A stretch of DNA of 64,000 bases from Octopus sinensis (lineage: Eukaryota). The notes under the pieces were generated by a model. That model ran no database searches. It was not told the origin of the DNA and was given only the letters and a program-made list of their open reading frames with translations. This document shows positions 13,346 to 26,490 of this stretch, piece by piece (within the stretch, counting starts at the first letter, position 1; the number at the start of each line of letters is the position of its first letter). Position numbers and translations under genes: made by a program. The stretch spans positions 2,852,001-2,916,000 of the forward strand of contig NC_042998.1 in the NCBI RefSeq assembly GCF_006345805.1. Direction: 5' to 3'.

Positions 13346-16184
13346 TAATTTCTAAGATAGGTATAAGGCCAGGAATTTGGGGGAAGGGTTTTAATTAATT
13401 AAATGTACCCCTGTATTTTATCCCCTGGCTGTTCAGTTTGTCAACACTGGAAGGATGAAAAGTAAAGCTGATTTTAGCAGAATTCAAACCAAGGAATCCC
13501 AACTAATTTATTAATTAATTTGTATTTTTATGGGAATAAAGCTGTAAGTTTATACCCACATTCACTTAAAAAACAAACAAAAAACTAAAAATAAAAAATT
13601 TTTAAGAAAAATAAATAACAAAAAAATTTGAGGTAACTTCCAGAAGGAACTAAAATTGAGCTTTTCTGTAAATGCATGTACATTTTAATTGGATAATTAA
13701 GAACATGAATAACTATTTTTTTATTTGATTTTTTTTTTATTTAAAACAAAGATGTATTAGCAGATACGTATTAGAAAAAAAATTACAACAGCAGAAACAA
13801 CAGGAAAAATCTTTAAAGAAATTGAAGGTAACAAATATATTTACAAGAATTTACCAAAGACTACTTTAAGAAGTTAAACTATTTCAAATTATTATCCATA
13901 AAAGAACCAGAGAATGAAGTAAAATATATGAAGTAAAATATAAATCATTTTGAAAATTAAGGAAAAACGAAAGATTGATGTAATTTAAGTAAAAAAAAAG
14001 TAAAACTTGACTGTTTTTTTTTCTTCTTTTCAACTGTTTTTAACATAGCCAATCGTTAATTGAAGTGAATGAATGAAAACAAAATAATTACCCGGAGTGA
14101 TGGTCGTTTGTATTCGTTTAGGAGTAGAAGGTACACGAAAACATGCAAAACTCTATAGACAAGTTTCACTAAGAACAGTAGCAGAGGATTTTTTTCTTTT
14201 ATAGAAGCAGCCACTGAGCAGAAATGTTCCTTTCTATAAATTCCCCTGACAAAAAAATGTTCCACCTACAACAGCCCCACCTAGGCTGTGCACCCTCCAG
14301 CAGCGTTCTAGCCATGAATAGAGGCTGCCCACTTTAATCTGTTTATGATCTAACACAGGAAGTAGAAAACATGTCAAAAGATGCCAGGTTAGAATATAAA
14401 CAATGTTTATCCTACCAACACTGACACACCATCCTGACTACAGAACAAACTGGAAAGATTTCAAGAAAAGAGAAACAGAGGGAAGAAGCATGATAGCATG
14501 GGAGTGGCGGAGGGAGAGGTACGGAGCTTTTAAAGATAGCAAAAGTACTATTTTAGAAGAGAGAGAGAGATCAAAGTAAAATACTGACAATAAAGCAAAG
14601 TGATTAGAATTACTGATTTAAATAAACACTTATGAAGAGATATAAAAACTTACAGCTAAAAAAAAAAATTAAAACTTATAATAATCTGTTGGCATATCAA
14701 AAAATACATGCAATTATTGAGAAATTGAAATGTAATGGTTACAGTGAAGCAAAATAAATAAAAAATAATAACAACAACAACAATAATAATAAAATGAAAA
14801 AATTATTATTAATTAAAAGATTAAAAAAAAAAAAGAAATATGTATGCCAATAGGCTGACCTTTAAGGTAAGTGGAGTCAAATTTCTCTCTCAAAAATAGC
14901 ATTAACAGCTGCAGTGAAGCATGGATTTATGATCCAAGACATAGAAGATCTCTTAATAATTTATTTACTGCTGTGTTTTACAAAGATATACAGAAAAAAA
15001 AAACTAGTTTTAAGTTTATAAACGACTGCTACGTAATCCAAATTCTCTTAGTTCCATCATCAATTGAAGTAAAATACCTTATACAAAAATATCCACACCA
15101 AAATAAAACGTTATAGAAACTCTTCTAAAATATAAAAGAAAAACCAGAGCCAGCAAAAAGCACGATATACCTGCAAGGTAAAGAGGTTACACAAACATTG
15201 GCACCAAGGAGCACACAAATACAAACTTTTCCGGATAGACTGCCAGCTCTCAGGTTTCTCAGATTTAAATAGAATCCAATTTACTTGCTATATACGTTAA
15301 CAGATATCCTCCGTCTATTGCATTGATAAATGTTCGACATTTTAAAACACATTCGTTGATGAATATTCAACCAGAGCCATTTCGAGTTCTTTAGCCAGTT
15401 TAAGTTCACTTATAGACCAATGAATACAAACTGGTTAAATCACCACAGCTCATTAAAACCTCAAGTGAAGAAAGTAAAGGAAAGAGAAGTAGAGAAGGAA
15501 GGACAAGACTCAGATGCTGTGGAATCAAAATATACAACAGACACACCATTCATAAATATGGTTTTTGTCTTTTTCTTCAAATAATTCAAGTAGAAATTCT
15601 GAAGAATTATCTTCAAGAAACTCTATGTTCACTTAGTGCTTTGAGTAATATTGTAAACTGAGACACACAAATTTTGTATTCATACCCGAAATCTTTAAAG
15701 TTCTCTGGAAGTAATCAACTTCCAGTAAGAAAACAATTCTTCGGTTTACAGCCATGCCCCCCCCCCCAATCTCTCTCTCTCTCTCAGCCAAGAGATTCTT
15801 GCCTTGCAAGCTCATGGGTGCTGATGCCATGTAAAATACACCCATCCTGGTGCCAGGTAAAAAGCACCCATGCCGGTGCGAAATAATCAGCACCTGTACT
15901 GATTCCACATAATAGCACTGGTACCAGTTCCACATAATAGCACTGGTACCGGTTCCACATAAAAAGCACCCAGTACACTCTGTAAAGTAGTTGGCATTAA
16001 GAAGGGCATCCAACCATAGAAACCATCCCAAAACAGAGAATTGGAGCCTAGCGCACCTCTCCAGCTGGCCAGCAAACTGTCCGACCCATGGAAAACAGAC
16101 ATTAAATGATGATGATGATAGAGGGAAGAAAACAATAGCATTCAAATTAATCTTTGAAAATAAGCTCATTTATTGAGTATTATA

Positions 16185-16577
16185 TACTCTTTTACTTGTT
16201 TCAGTCATTTGACTGCGGCCATGCTGGAGCACCGCCTTTAGTCGAGCAAATCGACCTCGGGACTTATTCTTTGTAAGCCCAGTACTTATTCTATCGGTCT
16301 CTTTTTGCCGAACCACTAAGTGATGGGGACGTAAACACACTAGCATCGGTTGTCAAGCAATGCTAGGGGGACAAACACAGACACACAAACACATATATAT
16401 ATATATATATATACGACAGGCTTCTTTCAGTTTCCGTCTACCAAATCCACTCACAAGGTATTGGTCGGCCCGGGCCTATTGCAGAAGACACTTGCCCAGG
16501 ATGCCACGCAGTGGGACTGAACCTGGAACCATGTGGTTGGTTAGCAAGCTACTTACCACACAGCCACTCCTGCGCCT
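16185..16577 (-). mobile_element. Full-length SINE family A
   Basis: Seen: near-identical to 4844-5284 apart from the microsatellite length. Confidence 0.88.
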
Positions 16578-17244
16578 ATTAATATATTAATGATTATATA
16601 TTAAGGAAAATATAATTGTAAGTAATTCTGTATTGAATACAGTACAATGCTGAAAATGAAATTATTTGTTACTATAATTAATCTATTTGGGAGAAGCCTC
16701 AGATATTTTCTCTTAAATTCTTTTCTGTAGCCAATCAGAAATTCTAACTACAAGAATGGAGTATCCTGGAAGTTCTTCACCAGACTTTAGAGTGGAAATA
16801 TACTTTTGGTATACTTGTAGATTTGCCAAACTGTTAGGTTGTAATATAATAGAGTTACTCTCCATCTTTTCAGAATCCAGCACAGAGTTTTATCTCTAAA
16901 GAATTAAGTTATTCACGTTAGTTCACAACTACAATATATCTATACCTGGTAATTCTTTCTTGATATTTTTTCTACTCTACTTTCTTTTTTTCTTTATTAT
17001 CAATTGAATAAAACCAAAAAAAATATTAATTTAGGAATCCAGTAAGCCTGAATATTAATCTCAAATTTTGACACAAGGTTAGCAAGTTTGTAGGAGGGGG
17101 GAGTACGTCAATTACATCAACCCCAGTGCTCTACTGATACTTATTTTACCGATTCCTCAAAAGGACGAAGGGCAAAGTTGACCTTGGCAGAATTTGAACT
17201 CAGAACATAAAGGCAGACAAGACGCTGCAATGTATTTCGCCAAG

Positions 17245-17505
17245 CAAGTATAGATACTAGAGATGTACTTGCATAGCAAGTGACCTGATCTGAGATCCTG
17301 TGCTGGAACGAAAACAATTGCAGCGTGGAAGGTGTTTACAAGCCATTTAAGAAACACACAAAAACCGTTAGATTCACTTCAACATTTAAATTTAATTTGT
17401 CAAAATATTTTCGTCGCTTTGAGACTGCGACCTGTTCGCTGACAAAACTCCAGAGTTTTGTCAAACGGTTTTTGAGTATAAATACTATAAATCTGAAACA
17501 ATTCC
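17245..17505 (-). mobile_element. Short insertion (probably a Penelope-like pseudo-LTR fragment) carrying a hammerhead-like motif, interrupting a tRNA-SINE
   Basis: Seen: sequence unrelated to the SINE at 17060-17245, whose 5' TGCTAAC resumes at about 17506. It contains the structured motif at 17397-17445 followed by AATTAAATTTAAAT. Confidence 0.45.
17397..17445 (-). ncRNA. Minimal type I hammerhead-ribozyme-like motif with G3-C8 core (this copy U4->C)
   Basis: Seen: UUGUCA-GCGAACA-G-GUCGC[AGUCUCAAA]GCGAC-GAAA-AUAUU-U-UGACAA. It has a perfect 6-bp stem I, a 5-bp stem II, GAAA and a palindromic AAUAUU stem III. Activity is unverified. Confidence 0.5.
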
Positions 17506-18424
17506 TGCTAACTTAAGTGAAACAATGGTTTGTCTCACAATTCAAACTGTGAATTCAAATTTGTTCTTATATACATTGAAGAAAGTAAAATCTGGTTAAA
17601 AATGTAAGCAATAAAATTATCTACTGATGAGTTCTTAATGAACAATTAATTAAACCCCATAATTCCAAACAGGAATATGAAAATTATGTCATGACTTCGA
17701 TTAGAATTAATCAAAACGCACCACTCAGTTTTAAAATATTCATAAAAAGGGAAAGATGCAGGGGATCTTAGAGACAGGCAGAATTAAGGGCACTATTTCT
17801 AGCACCTTCCTAGGAATTTGGGTGAGCATTGATCTCCCTCAAAAGGGTTGCTCAGTCACTAGAATCTCCACTGGAGTTGGTCCCTGTCAGGGGAATGCAC
17901 GATAATGGTGTTTGGGTAACACTCCTGTTACCCTGGGGCAGATTTACAACAGTGTGCTTCCAGCTAGTTAAATTTACACAGTTCACCACTCTGTCATCGC
18001 TAAAGGACTTTTAGCAGTTAAAATGAGAGAGAGGGGCGTGGGGGGGAGGCAAAAGAAGAGGGGGGGAATCCATTCATATGACAATTAGCTTTGTACTTTA
18101 TAATAAACACAGAAACAATAAGGTAAATATACGGTGTTGTGGCCAGCTGTTGTTAGCACCTGACATTTAAATTGCAATGTTTTAGTTTCTGAAACAATTA
18201 AGAAAGGAATCCAATGTATCCAATTACATTTTCAACTCACAGACAATAACTAATAACATAAGATAATACCTTTAGCTGTCAATGTAGGTGTGTATGAGTA
18301 CATACCTTGATATAGATTTGATTTTACAAGTGAGCAATATTTACTGTTGTTTTATTTACACTTTTGTTTCATCTTTTATACATGTACAAATATACAAGTG
18401 TGTGTATGTGTGAATATACATATA

Positions 18425-18699
18425 TACATAAGCGTCAGCCTCGCCTGGCCCCCGTGCCGGTGGTACATAAAAAGCACCATCCGATCGCAGCCGTTTGCCA
18501 CCCTCGTCTGGCACCTGTGCCGGTGGCACATAAAAAGCACCCACTACACTCATGGAGTGGTTGGTGTTAGGAAGGGCATCCAGCCATAGAAACATTGCCA
18601 GATCAGACTGGGCCTGGTGCAGCCTTCTGGCTTCCCAGACCCCAGTTGAACCGTCCAACCCATGCTAGCATGGAAAGCGGACGCTAAACGATGATGATA
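18425..18699 (+). mobile_element. Family B repeat with RTE-type 3' end and (GAT)n tail (other copies: about 15800-16119 +, 20950-21298 +, 34776-34822 - truncated, 46335-46590 -, 53814-54070 -, 57479-57770 -)
   Basis: Seen: shared GGAGTGGTTGG.GTTAGGAAGGGCATCCAGC...CCATGCTAGCATGGAAAGCGGACG.TAAACGATGATGAT in all full copies. Confidence 0.85.
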
Positions 18700-18719
18700 T
18701 ATATATGTACATGTATGTG

Positions 18720-18784
<65 letters not shown>

Positions 18785-18788
<4 letters not shown>

Positions 18789-19358
18789 AATTAATATCTA
18801 ATTTCTCACCCTCATTTTAAATTTAAATTTAAATTAATACGTTCTCTAACTGGCAAAGGCCGCTGCAGTAAAGTATTATCTGCAGCATCAGTTTTTCCGG
18901 TAATTTAGCGCGCCAAAGCGAGGACATTTGAAATAGTAGCCACGAGTGTAATGGGTAGGACTGTTTTAAAAGTCTGACTTTGTGCGGACGTCCGAGTATG
19001 CAGTCCTGCAAATTATATTCATTTGGACGGTCGCACCGATGATCTACGGACATTTATGTAAGTAAACTTACGTAATATGGTAATAGTGAAACATGTATTC
19101 GAATAATCCATATTTTTATTGCTTTTTCTTTTGTCTTGCTCGATTACGTTTTGGGTGTTTTGCTAAACTTTTCTTGAGAACATTTCTTAGTGGTAAGACC
19201 TTAGCAGATCTATTTCTAGCATAAGGGTGTCCACATAGTGGTTTCCCTCTAATATGTATATAATACAATTTTACTGAACCTTCAGTTTTTTATATGCTAG
19301 ACCACTGGTGTGAAATCGATGTTAATCAAATTAATATCTAATTTCTCACCCTCATTTT
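18785..19358 (-). mobile_element. 506-bp structured insertion between perfect 34-bp direct repeats
   Basis: Seen: ATCAAATTAATATCTAATTTCTCACCCTCATTTT at 18785-18818 and 19325-19358; (AAATTT)n at one end; several internal hairpins. Confidence 0.65.
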
Positions 19359-19707
19359 CAAGTTATATATATATATATATGAATAAGTACAAATATTAGT
19401 ACACTAATATTAGTCCAAATAAGTACACTATCACAATAAAAACCTGAGAGAGGGAGAAAGAGAGAGAGAGAGAACAAATAAAAACTAGCAATTATAGATC
19501 TTACCTTCAAGGAACATCACATTTCTTCAAAAATAATAGCTATGCTCTTTCTCATATATATACATATACACACACACACAAACATAACAAAGGAATTTAT
19601 GTAATCACCTTCATTAGCTTATAAGTCTTTCTGCTTTTAGAGATATCACCCTAAAGCATAAGTATATTGAGTTCTAACAGCCAACTATTAGTATTGCTAT
19701 ACCTTTG

Positions 19708-19748
<41 letters not shown>

Positions 19749-20045
19749 CTCTGTAAATAAAACCTTGAAGAGTAGAAATAAATGTTGGTTATGGTTTAAT
19801 TTAAATGAAAGACTAGAAATATTGTTAGCAGCAAAGAAAATTTTAGGAAGTTTCTCAATTAGTACAAGAATAATTGTATGGCATATCAAAGAAATCCTGA
19901 AATTGAATTTTTAGGTTTTAAGGTTCCGAATAAGGTATAGTTAAAGAAAGGTTCTGAATAAGGTATAGTCAAAGAAAGAAGGGGAACATATAGTCTAGGA
20001 ATAGAATAAGGACTGTAAGATGTTTGGAAAGAAGTAGATGTTAAT

Positions 20046-20092
<47 letters not shown>

Positions 20093-21887
20093 GTATGATG
20101 GAATACATAAGATTCGTGAATCCATGACGATACTATATTTTCCAGCATACAAATGAAATTTTTCAGGCCAAAATTTACTGCCAAAAAAGGTAAGTTGACT
20201 TTGGAAGACCATAAATTCTCTGTGAAAAGCAGAAGGATTTGGAAACATAGTGACACTGTTTGAATGTTTACATAACATGTTTACTATAAAGTACACCAAA
20301 TTGTATGCCAGAAAATAAAGTTTCCCACACACTTTACTCAAGGCCAGCCCAGGCTGCTGGTGAGATTGATGTAATTAATGATCCCCTTGAACCTTTTAAA
20401 GTCAACATATGCAACACAGACATGAGCAGGGTGGGAAATCCAGTGGGCCAATGTACTGAGAAGGAAGGGTTAGGTATAGAGATAAGAAAATGGTGGAGTT
20501 GGGGACACAACAAGGGTGACGAGAGGAGAAGGAATAAATGGGTAAGAGCAGAGGCCATTATATTGTATTTGATATAGGTGATTAAGGATAAAATATATTT
20601 TCTCCGTGAGTAAGTAAAATATCCTCAAAGCAAATTTCCTTATACCAAATACATAATTATATTCAAGCTTAAAAGTAAGACAACATATGTATAAATGGAT
20701 GGAAGAATGGGTTGATAGATTGATAGATAGATAGACAGACAGACAGGTAAAAAGACAGATATCTGCTTCCTCTGCTAGTATGGGCTGGACAGGTCATCAC
20801 AAACCAAATTAGTTCTTCACATGACAGCAAACCACATCTAATACATGCCATTTTTGGTATATATATTTTTTGTTAACCTTTTCGGTTTTTTCTTGTCTTT
20901 TTTTTATGCCCTCTCTTTACAGAGTATACTGGGTGCATTTTATCACAGGACCAGAGCGGCTAACTGACGTTCATACTAGTGGCACGTAAAATGTACCATT
21001 CGAGCGTGATCGTTACCAGCGTCGCCTTACTGGCACTTGTGCCAGTGTGCAGGTGACACGTAAAAAAACACGATTTTTTCGTGTGCGTTGCCAGTACCAC
21101 CTGGCTGGCCCTTGTGCCAGTGGCATGTAAAAGCATCCACTACACTCTCAGAGTGGTTGGTGTTAGGAAGGGCATCCAGCTGTAGAAACTCTGCCAGATC
21201 AGATTGGAGCCTGGTGCAGCCATCTGGTTTGCCAGTCCTCAGTCAAATCGTCTAACCCATGCTAGCATGTAAAGTGGACATTAAACACTGATGATGACCA
21301 TCCCTAGAGATCTGAAGAGACCTCTTAATTCTAGGCTGCCTGCACTCATTCGCCAACAACTTTAGAGAGTGCATCACAAGCATTTTACCAGGGCACCAGC
21401 ACTAATGAGGTTGCCTTGAATCTTGCAAGACAAAAACCATTCTCACTACTCTTATGTTATCTCCCTTTGTTCAAGGAAACATAGCCAAAAGGGTGAATAT
21501 AAGAGAGTGAAAGGTGCAAGAGTATGACAGGGGAACAAAGAGAGTGGGGCGAGAGACTGGTAGCGGGAGGAGTAACAGAAGAGACAGTGTTTGAGGGAGT
21601 AAGAGATAAGAGGTAATATTGATAGGATGTGATGGAAGAGAGGGTGTGATGATAGCTACATGTTTTTTTGGTAAGAGCAAAGGAGAGAGAGAGAAAAAGA
21701 GAGAGATAAAGAAAGAAAGAGAGAGAGAGAGAGAGATGGGAGTGGATAGTTGTAAAGATGGATAATGGTAAGAGAGAGTGATGCTGGTCAGTGATAAGTG
21801 ATGTGGAGGAGAGGGAGTGAGAAGGTGTTGGTGGGAGGGTATTTAGAAATGAACAGATCCAATGCAATCCCATGGTACACAGGCATC

Positions 21888-21962
21888 GTAGTAAAGGTGG
21901 TTGTAAAGGTGGTAGTAAAGGTGGTAGTAAAGGTGGTAGTAAAGGTGGTAGTAAAGGTGGTA
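21888..21962. repeat. 12-bp minisatellite (GTAGTAAAGGTG) x about 6
   Basis: Seen directly; it explains the TTTF/VVKV ORFs here. Confidence 0.92.
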
Positions 21963-22771
21963 GGTGGATTGAGTACAGGCAGATTCATTGACATCGGTTG
22001 TTATGTAAGCAACAGAGTACAGTAAACAGGAGAGGGAAAAAGAGAGATAAGATCGTGTGTGTGTGTGTGTTTGTGTGTGTGTGTTGTGTGTGTTGTGTGT
22101 GTTGTGTGCTTCTACACTGACGTAATCTAATGTAAATTTATAGACACAAACCCTGACAAATTAAATTTGTGAAAATAGAAATCCATTCAGTTGCTTATTA
22201 AAACCTTACCTGCACAAAAGTGAGCCACGTTTCAGATTGTCTACATAGAATATAATGTAGAGAAGTAAGGGAGCACCAAATCGTAATAAAATTCTCATTT
22301 AAGCCTATGTATGGAAAGTTAACAGTAGCACAAGACATCAATTTTTAAAGTAAGGTCAGTTTCAAAAATTCTTCCCAGTCTTACATATTTCCAACTGACA
22401 TTCCCCAAAAACTTGAAGTTGGGCATCAACTATATCAGACATGGACAATCTTTATTAAAAGATGTAGGCTGCATGAAACATGGATTATGATCAAGCAGAC
22501 TGCACTACTTAGAAAAAATTCAAGATTAATTTTTCATTGAGAAAGTCCTGCAGGCAATGGTTTTCCCCTGACTGAGCTACAGCAACCTCAAATTGGAATC
22601 ATCATGGTCGGAAATCTATTGAATTGGAGATGTCTTACAGCTAAACAACAACAATCATCACCACCACCACCACAACCACCACCACTACCACCATCATCAG
22701 TATCATAGCCATGCTACCATTGTTTCACTTTTTTTAATGCTGGCATGGGTTAGATGAGATATTTTTGTAGT

Positions 22772-22945
22772 AGGCGCAGGGGTGGCTATGTGGTAAGTAG
22801 CTTGCTTACCAACAACATGGTTCTGGGTTCAATCCCACTGCGTGACACCTTGGGCAAGTGTCTTCTATTATAGCTTCGGGCCAACCAAAGCCTTGTGAGT
22901 GGATTTGGTAGATAGAAACTGAAAGAACCCCGTCGTATATGTGTG

Positions 22946-23003
<58 letters not shown>

Positions 23004-23232
23004 TGTGTATGTGTATGTGTTTGTGCGTCTGTGTTTGTCCCCACAACATCACTTGACAACCAATGGTGGTGTGTTTACGTCCCCGTAACTTAGTGGTTCG
23101 ACAAAAGAGACCACTAGAATAAGTACTAGGCTTCCAAAAAATAAGTATTGGGGTCGATTTGCTTGACTAAAAGGTGGTGCTCCAGCATGGCCGCAGTCAA
23201 ATGACTGAAACAAGTAAAAGAGTAAAAGAGTA
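22772..23232 (+). mobile_element. Full-length SINE family A
   Basis: Seen: AGGCGCAGGGGTGGCTATGTGG head and GTAAAAGAGTAAAAGAGTA tail. Confidence 0.88.
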
Positions 23233-24029
23233 GTCTTCTACAGCAGGATGCTCTTCCTGGTTCCAACATTTACTTGTTTTGAAATAAATAAGCTGCTATA
23301 TTTCATTGAACCACCTAATTCAGGACACAAACAAATGTCACTGCAACACAAGAAGTGCAAATCTGAATGCATGTGGAGACAACACACAGTCAAGACAGGC
23401 TTCCATTTAGTTTCCATCCCCCAATTTCAATTCACAACACATTGGCTGACCCAAAACTATGGTACAACATACTTGCAAAGTGCTATGCAATGTGATCAAA
23501 CTTTAAAATATATGGTTTGTGAAGCAAATTTGTTAACAACAGAATCATGCTAGCACCTAAAAGCCATACTGGCTGTGTGGTTATGAACCTCACTTTGCAA
23601 CCACATGGTTTCAGGTTCAATCCCAATATGTGGCGCCTTGGGCAAATGTTTTGTATTCTAATTCCCAAGCCACTGAATGGCTTTGTGATTGAATTCAGCA
23701 GGTGGGAATTGTATGTGTGTGTGTGTGTGTGTTTATCCCTCTCACCACCACTTGACAACTAGTGTTGGTTTGTTTATATCCCCATAATTTAGCAGTTCAG
23801 CAAAACTGATTGATGTAAGGGGAAAAAATTTTTGTACTGGGGTAAATTTGTTTGGATAAAGCTCTTCAAGATAATGCCCCAGCATGGCCACAGTCCAATG
23901 ACTGAAACAAGTAAAAGATGAAAAAGGTAAGACTGCCTACAACCAAACTCATAGTTATTAGAAACAACACTGATTCAATGAAGCCTTTCATGACATTCAT
24001 TTTTCTTTTTATCTCATTTTGAATTTTGT

Positions 24030-24620
24030 TGCCATTTTTATAGTTGCTGCTGGCAGTGGTGGTGGTGATGGTAGTAGTGGTGTTGGCAGTGGCAGTGAGT
24101 GGCACTAGCAGTGGTGGTGGTAACAGCAGTGGTAACGATAGTAGTAGTGGTGGTAGTTGTGGCAGAAACAGTAGTGGCAGCAGTGAATGGCTGTGGTGGT
24201 GGCATCTACAGTGATGACGGGCATGATGAAAATGATAATCCTGACTATAATGATGATGATGATGATTTGAGAACTGTAACAACAATTTATAACAACACCA
24301 ATGGCATCAACGACAAAATATGACAATGGCAATGAGTGTGGTGATGACAATGATAAAACCAATAACAATGAAGATGTTAAACAAATGAGGAAGATAATGA
24401 CAGTAATGGTAGTAACAGTAGCAGTGGTAGTGATTGTTATATATCGGAGATAATGATGATGGTGATGATAGGTGTGATAATGGTGGGGGTAGTAATGATA
24501 AAGTAGTAATGGGGATGATGTTAGTGGTGTCAATAAGGGTGATCAATATTATGGTGTTGCAGTTGCTACTATTACCAACAATGGTGATGATGATGATGAT
24601 GATCTTTTGGTCAGCACTAA
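24030..24620. repeat. Mixed trinucleotide low-complexity tract (GGT/AGT/GAT/ACA)
   Basis: Seen directly; it generates poly-V/H/D/T pseudo-ORFs. Confidence 0.85.
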
Positions 24621-25189
24621 ATATCATGAAATGAGAACAAGGTCTGTTTATAAACACTTCTCATCTCGTCTTCACAAACAATTTTTTTTATACAGAATAC
24701 TCAAAAGTAAAAGCAAAATAATAATAATAATATGAACTGAACTATTTCTAGCGTACAATAATACCAAAGATAATTATATTGTTAGAAATTATTAGAGTGC
24801 TCATCTAGAGATTCATCAATTACAAATGTTGAATGCCTACAGGTAGAAAACATATGAAAGCAAACTGAAAATTAAGCCCAACTTCTGTCTTGTGTGGCTT
24901 CACTTCCACATATCTTTGATAAAATTATCATTAGAAAAATTAGAAAACCAAAATGATAAGAATTTCCTGAGACAATTTTATTTAAGAATATAAAAATATG
25001 TGTGTGTTTTTGTTTTTCTGTTTGTTTATTTATAATTAATTACTGAGATTTCTCTAGAATATGGAGCTGAGAGTTACAGAGATCACGAAAGAGAATAGAT
25101 TTGAAGATTTGAATTTAATAAGGTTGGTTGGAGAAGAAGGTTTATGGAGTTAATAGTGGGGGATGATGCATGTAATATTATATACTAAC

Positions 25190-25222
25190 CAAATACTGGT
25201 ACTGTTTTGTCTGAGCAGGAAG
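25190..25222 (-). CDS. Candidate 33-nt downstream exon (T-SCSDKTVPVF in phase 1)
   Basis: Seen: acceptor TTATTTTTGCTTTAAACAG, donor TTG|GTTAGT, symmetric length and all three frames open. Splice signals are the only support. Confidence 0.25.
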
Positions 25223-26272
25223 CTGTTTAAAGCAAAAATAATTTATCAAATTTATTTATATGATACTATGAGGTATACATATGCATAGAGAAATATTATA
25301 AGTTTATAATAATTAAGTAAATAATTAAATTCTTGAGTGGTTTAGTTACACAATTTATGAATGAAGGTGTGAATAAAACATCTGAGGATTTTTTGTCTTT
25401 TGACAATTCTGATGCATTCTGTGAGAAAATGTAAAATATTTATTCATATGAAGTCCTGGGAAGGTTTTTTAGGAGGTGGGGGAGTTGCATTTCTTTCTCT
25501 TTTGCTACACGATACAAGTGAAGAATGTGAGTGCAGTCCAATGACTGAAGCAAGTAGAGGATAAAAAAAAAAATAAAGATGCTTGCGATCAACATTTTCT
25601 TGATTAGAAAACAAAACTGGTTCAATAAATTCTGAAGCTGAGAATCACTTCTGACATAAAATAGGAGATCACCAATGTCTGCACTATCAGAAGACCCCCA
25701 TGCTTACATCAAAGGAATTGACCAAGTCTGATGTCTTGACTCTGACTGAGTCCTTATCAAGTAGGTGAGTCTTCATAGCATGCGTATTAACTTTTATGTC
25801 AATATTAATGTATTGTGATATTGAGCAGGGCAACAAAAGCTGAGTTTTTATAGTTTTATTTCTTTATTCATTTATTGTTTCTGTTTTTTTTAAACGTTTT
25901 TTTTATATTTATAGCTTCTTCTTCTGTTCTCCAATTTTACCTTGATTTAAAATTTTATTATCAAATTCCAACAATTTGTTATACTCTATACCAGAAGTGT
26001 GTCTCAGTTTCAACATTTGTCTATATTATTTGTTTTAGAAATTTATTTAAGTGCACCAAATGAGTGGAATGAACTCCTTTTAATCTTGTTTACTCTTTAC
26101 AAATAATTCTCTTAATATTATGATAAGATTATATGCACACATTTTGGAGTTGTACTTGTCTAGCGAGTGGCTTGCTCCAAGATCATGTATCGAAACACAA
26201 GCAACTGCATCATGGGAAAGCCATTCTGACCATCTAAATTCATTACAGAGTTGCTAAATTCACTTTAATCCA

Positions 26273-26490
26273 TTAACACTTAAACCAGCTGTAGTCAGCC
26301 AAAATATTCTACCTCTTTTCCATTCAAACCAGCTGAATCCATCTTCTCACACCTACCCAACAATGTCATTCTATAACTAAATCTGATCCTTGAAATCTTG
26401 AAGCTACAAGATAATGCATGATTAATTCAAAATAATGCGAATAAATAAACATTACATTTGACGAAGTAATCTAAATGACAAGGGTCTAAA
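26273..26490. mobile_element. piggyBac-like MITE, decayed copy
   Basis: Seen: alignable to 56027-56258 (CACCTACCCAACAATGTCATT...GCTACAAGATAATGCATGATTAA). Confidence 0.55.

Noticed and set aside
17622-17645. CTGATGA followed by a GTTC/GAAC hairpin (hammerhead-like start)
   Set aside because: There is no GAAA after stem II and no stem I or III; probably chance.
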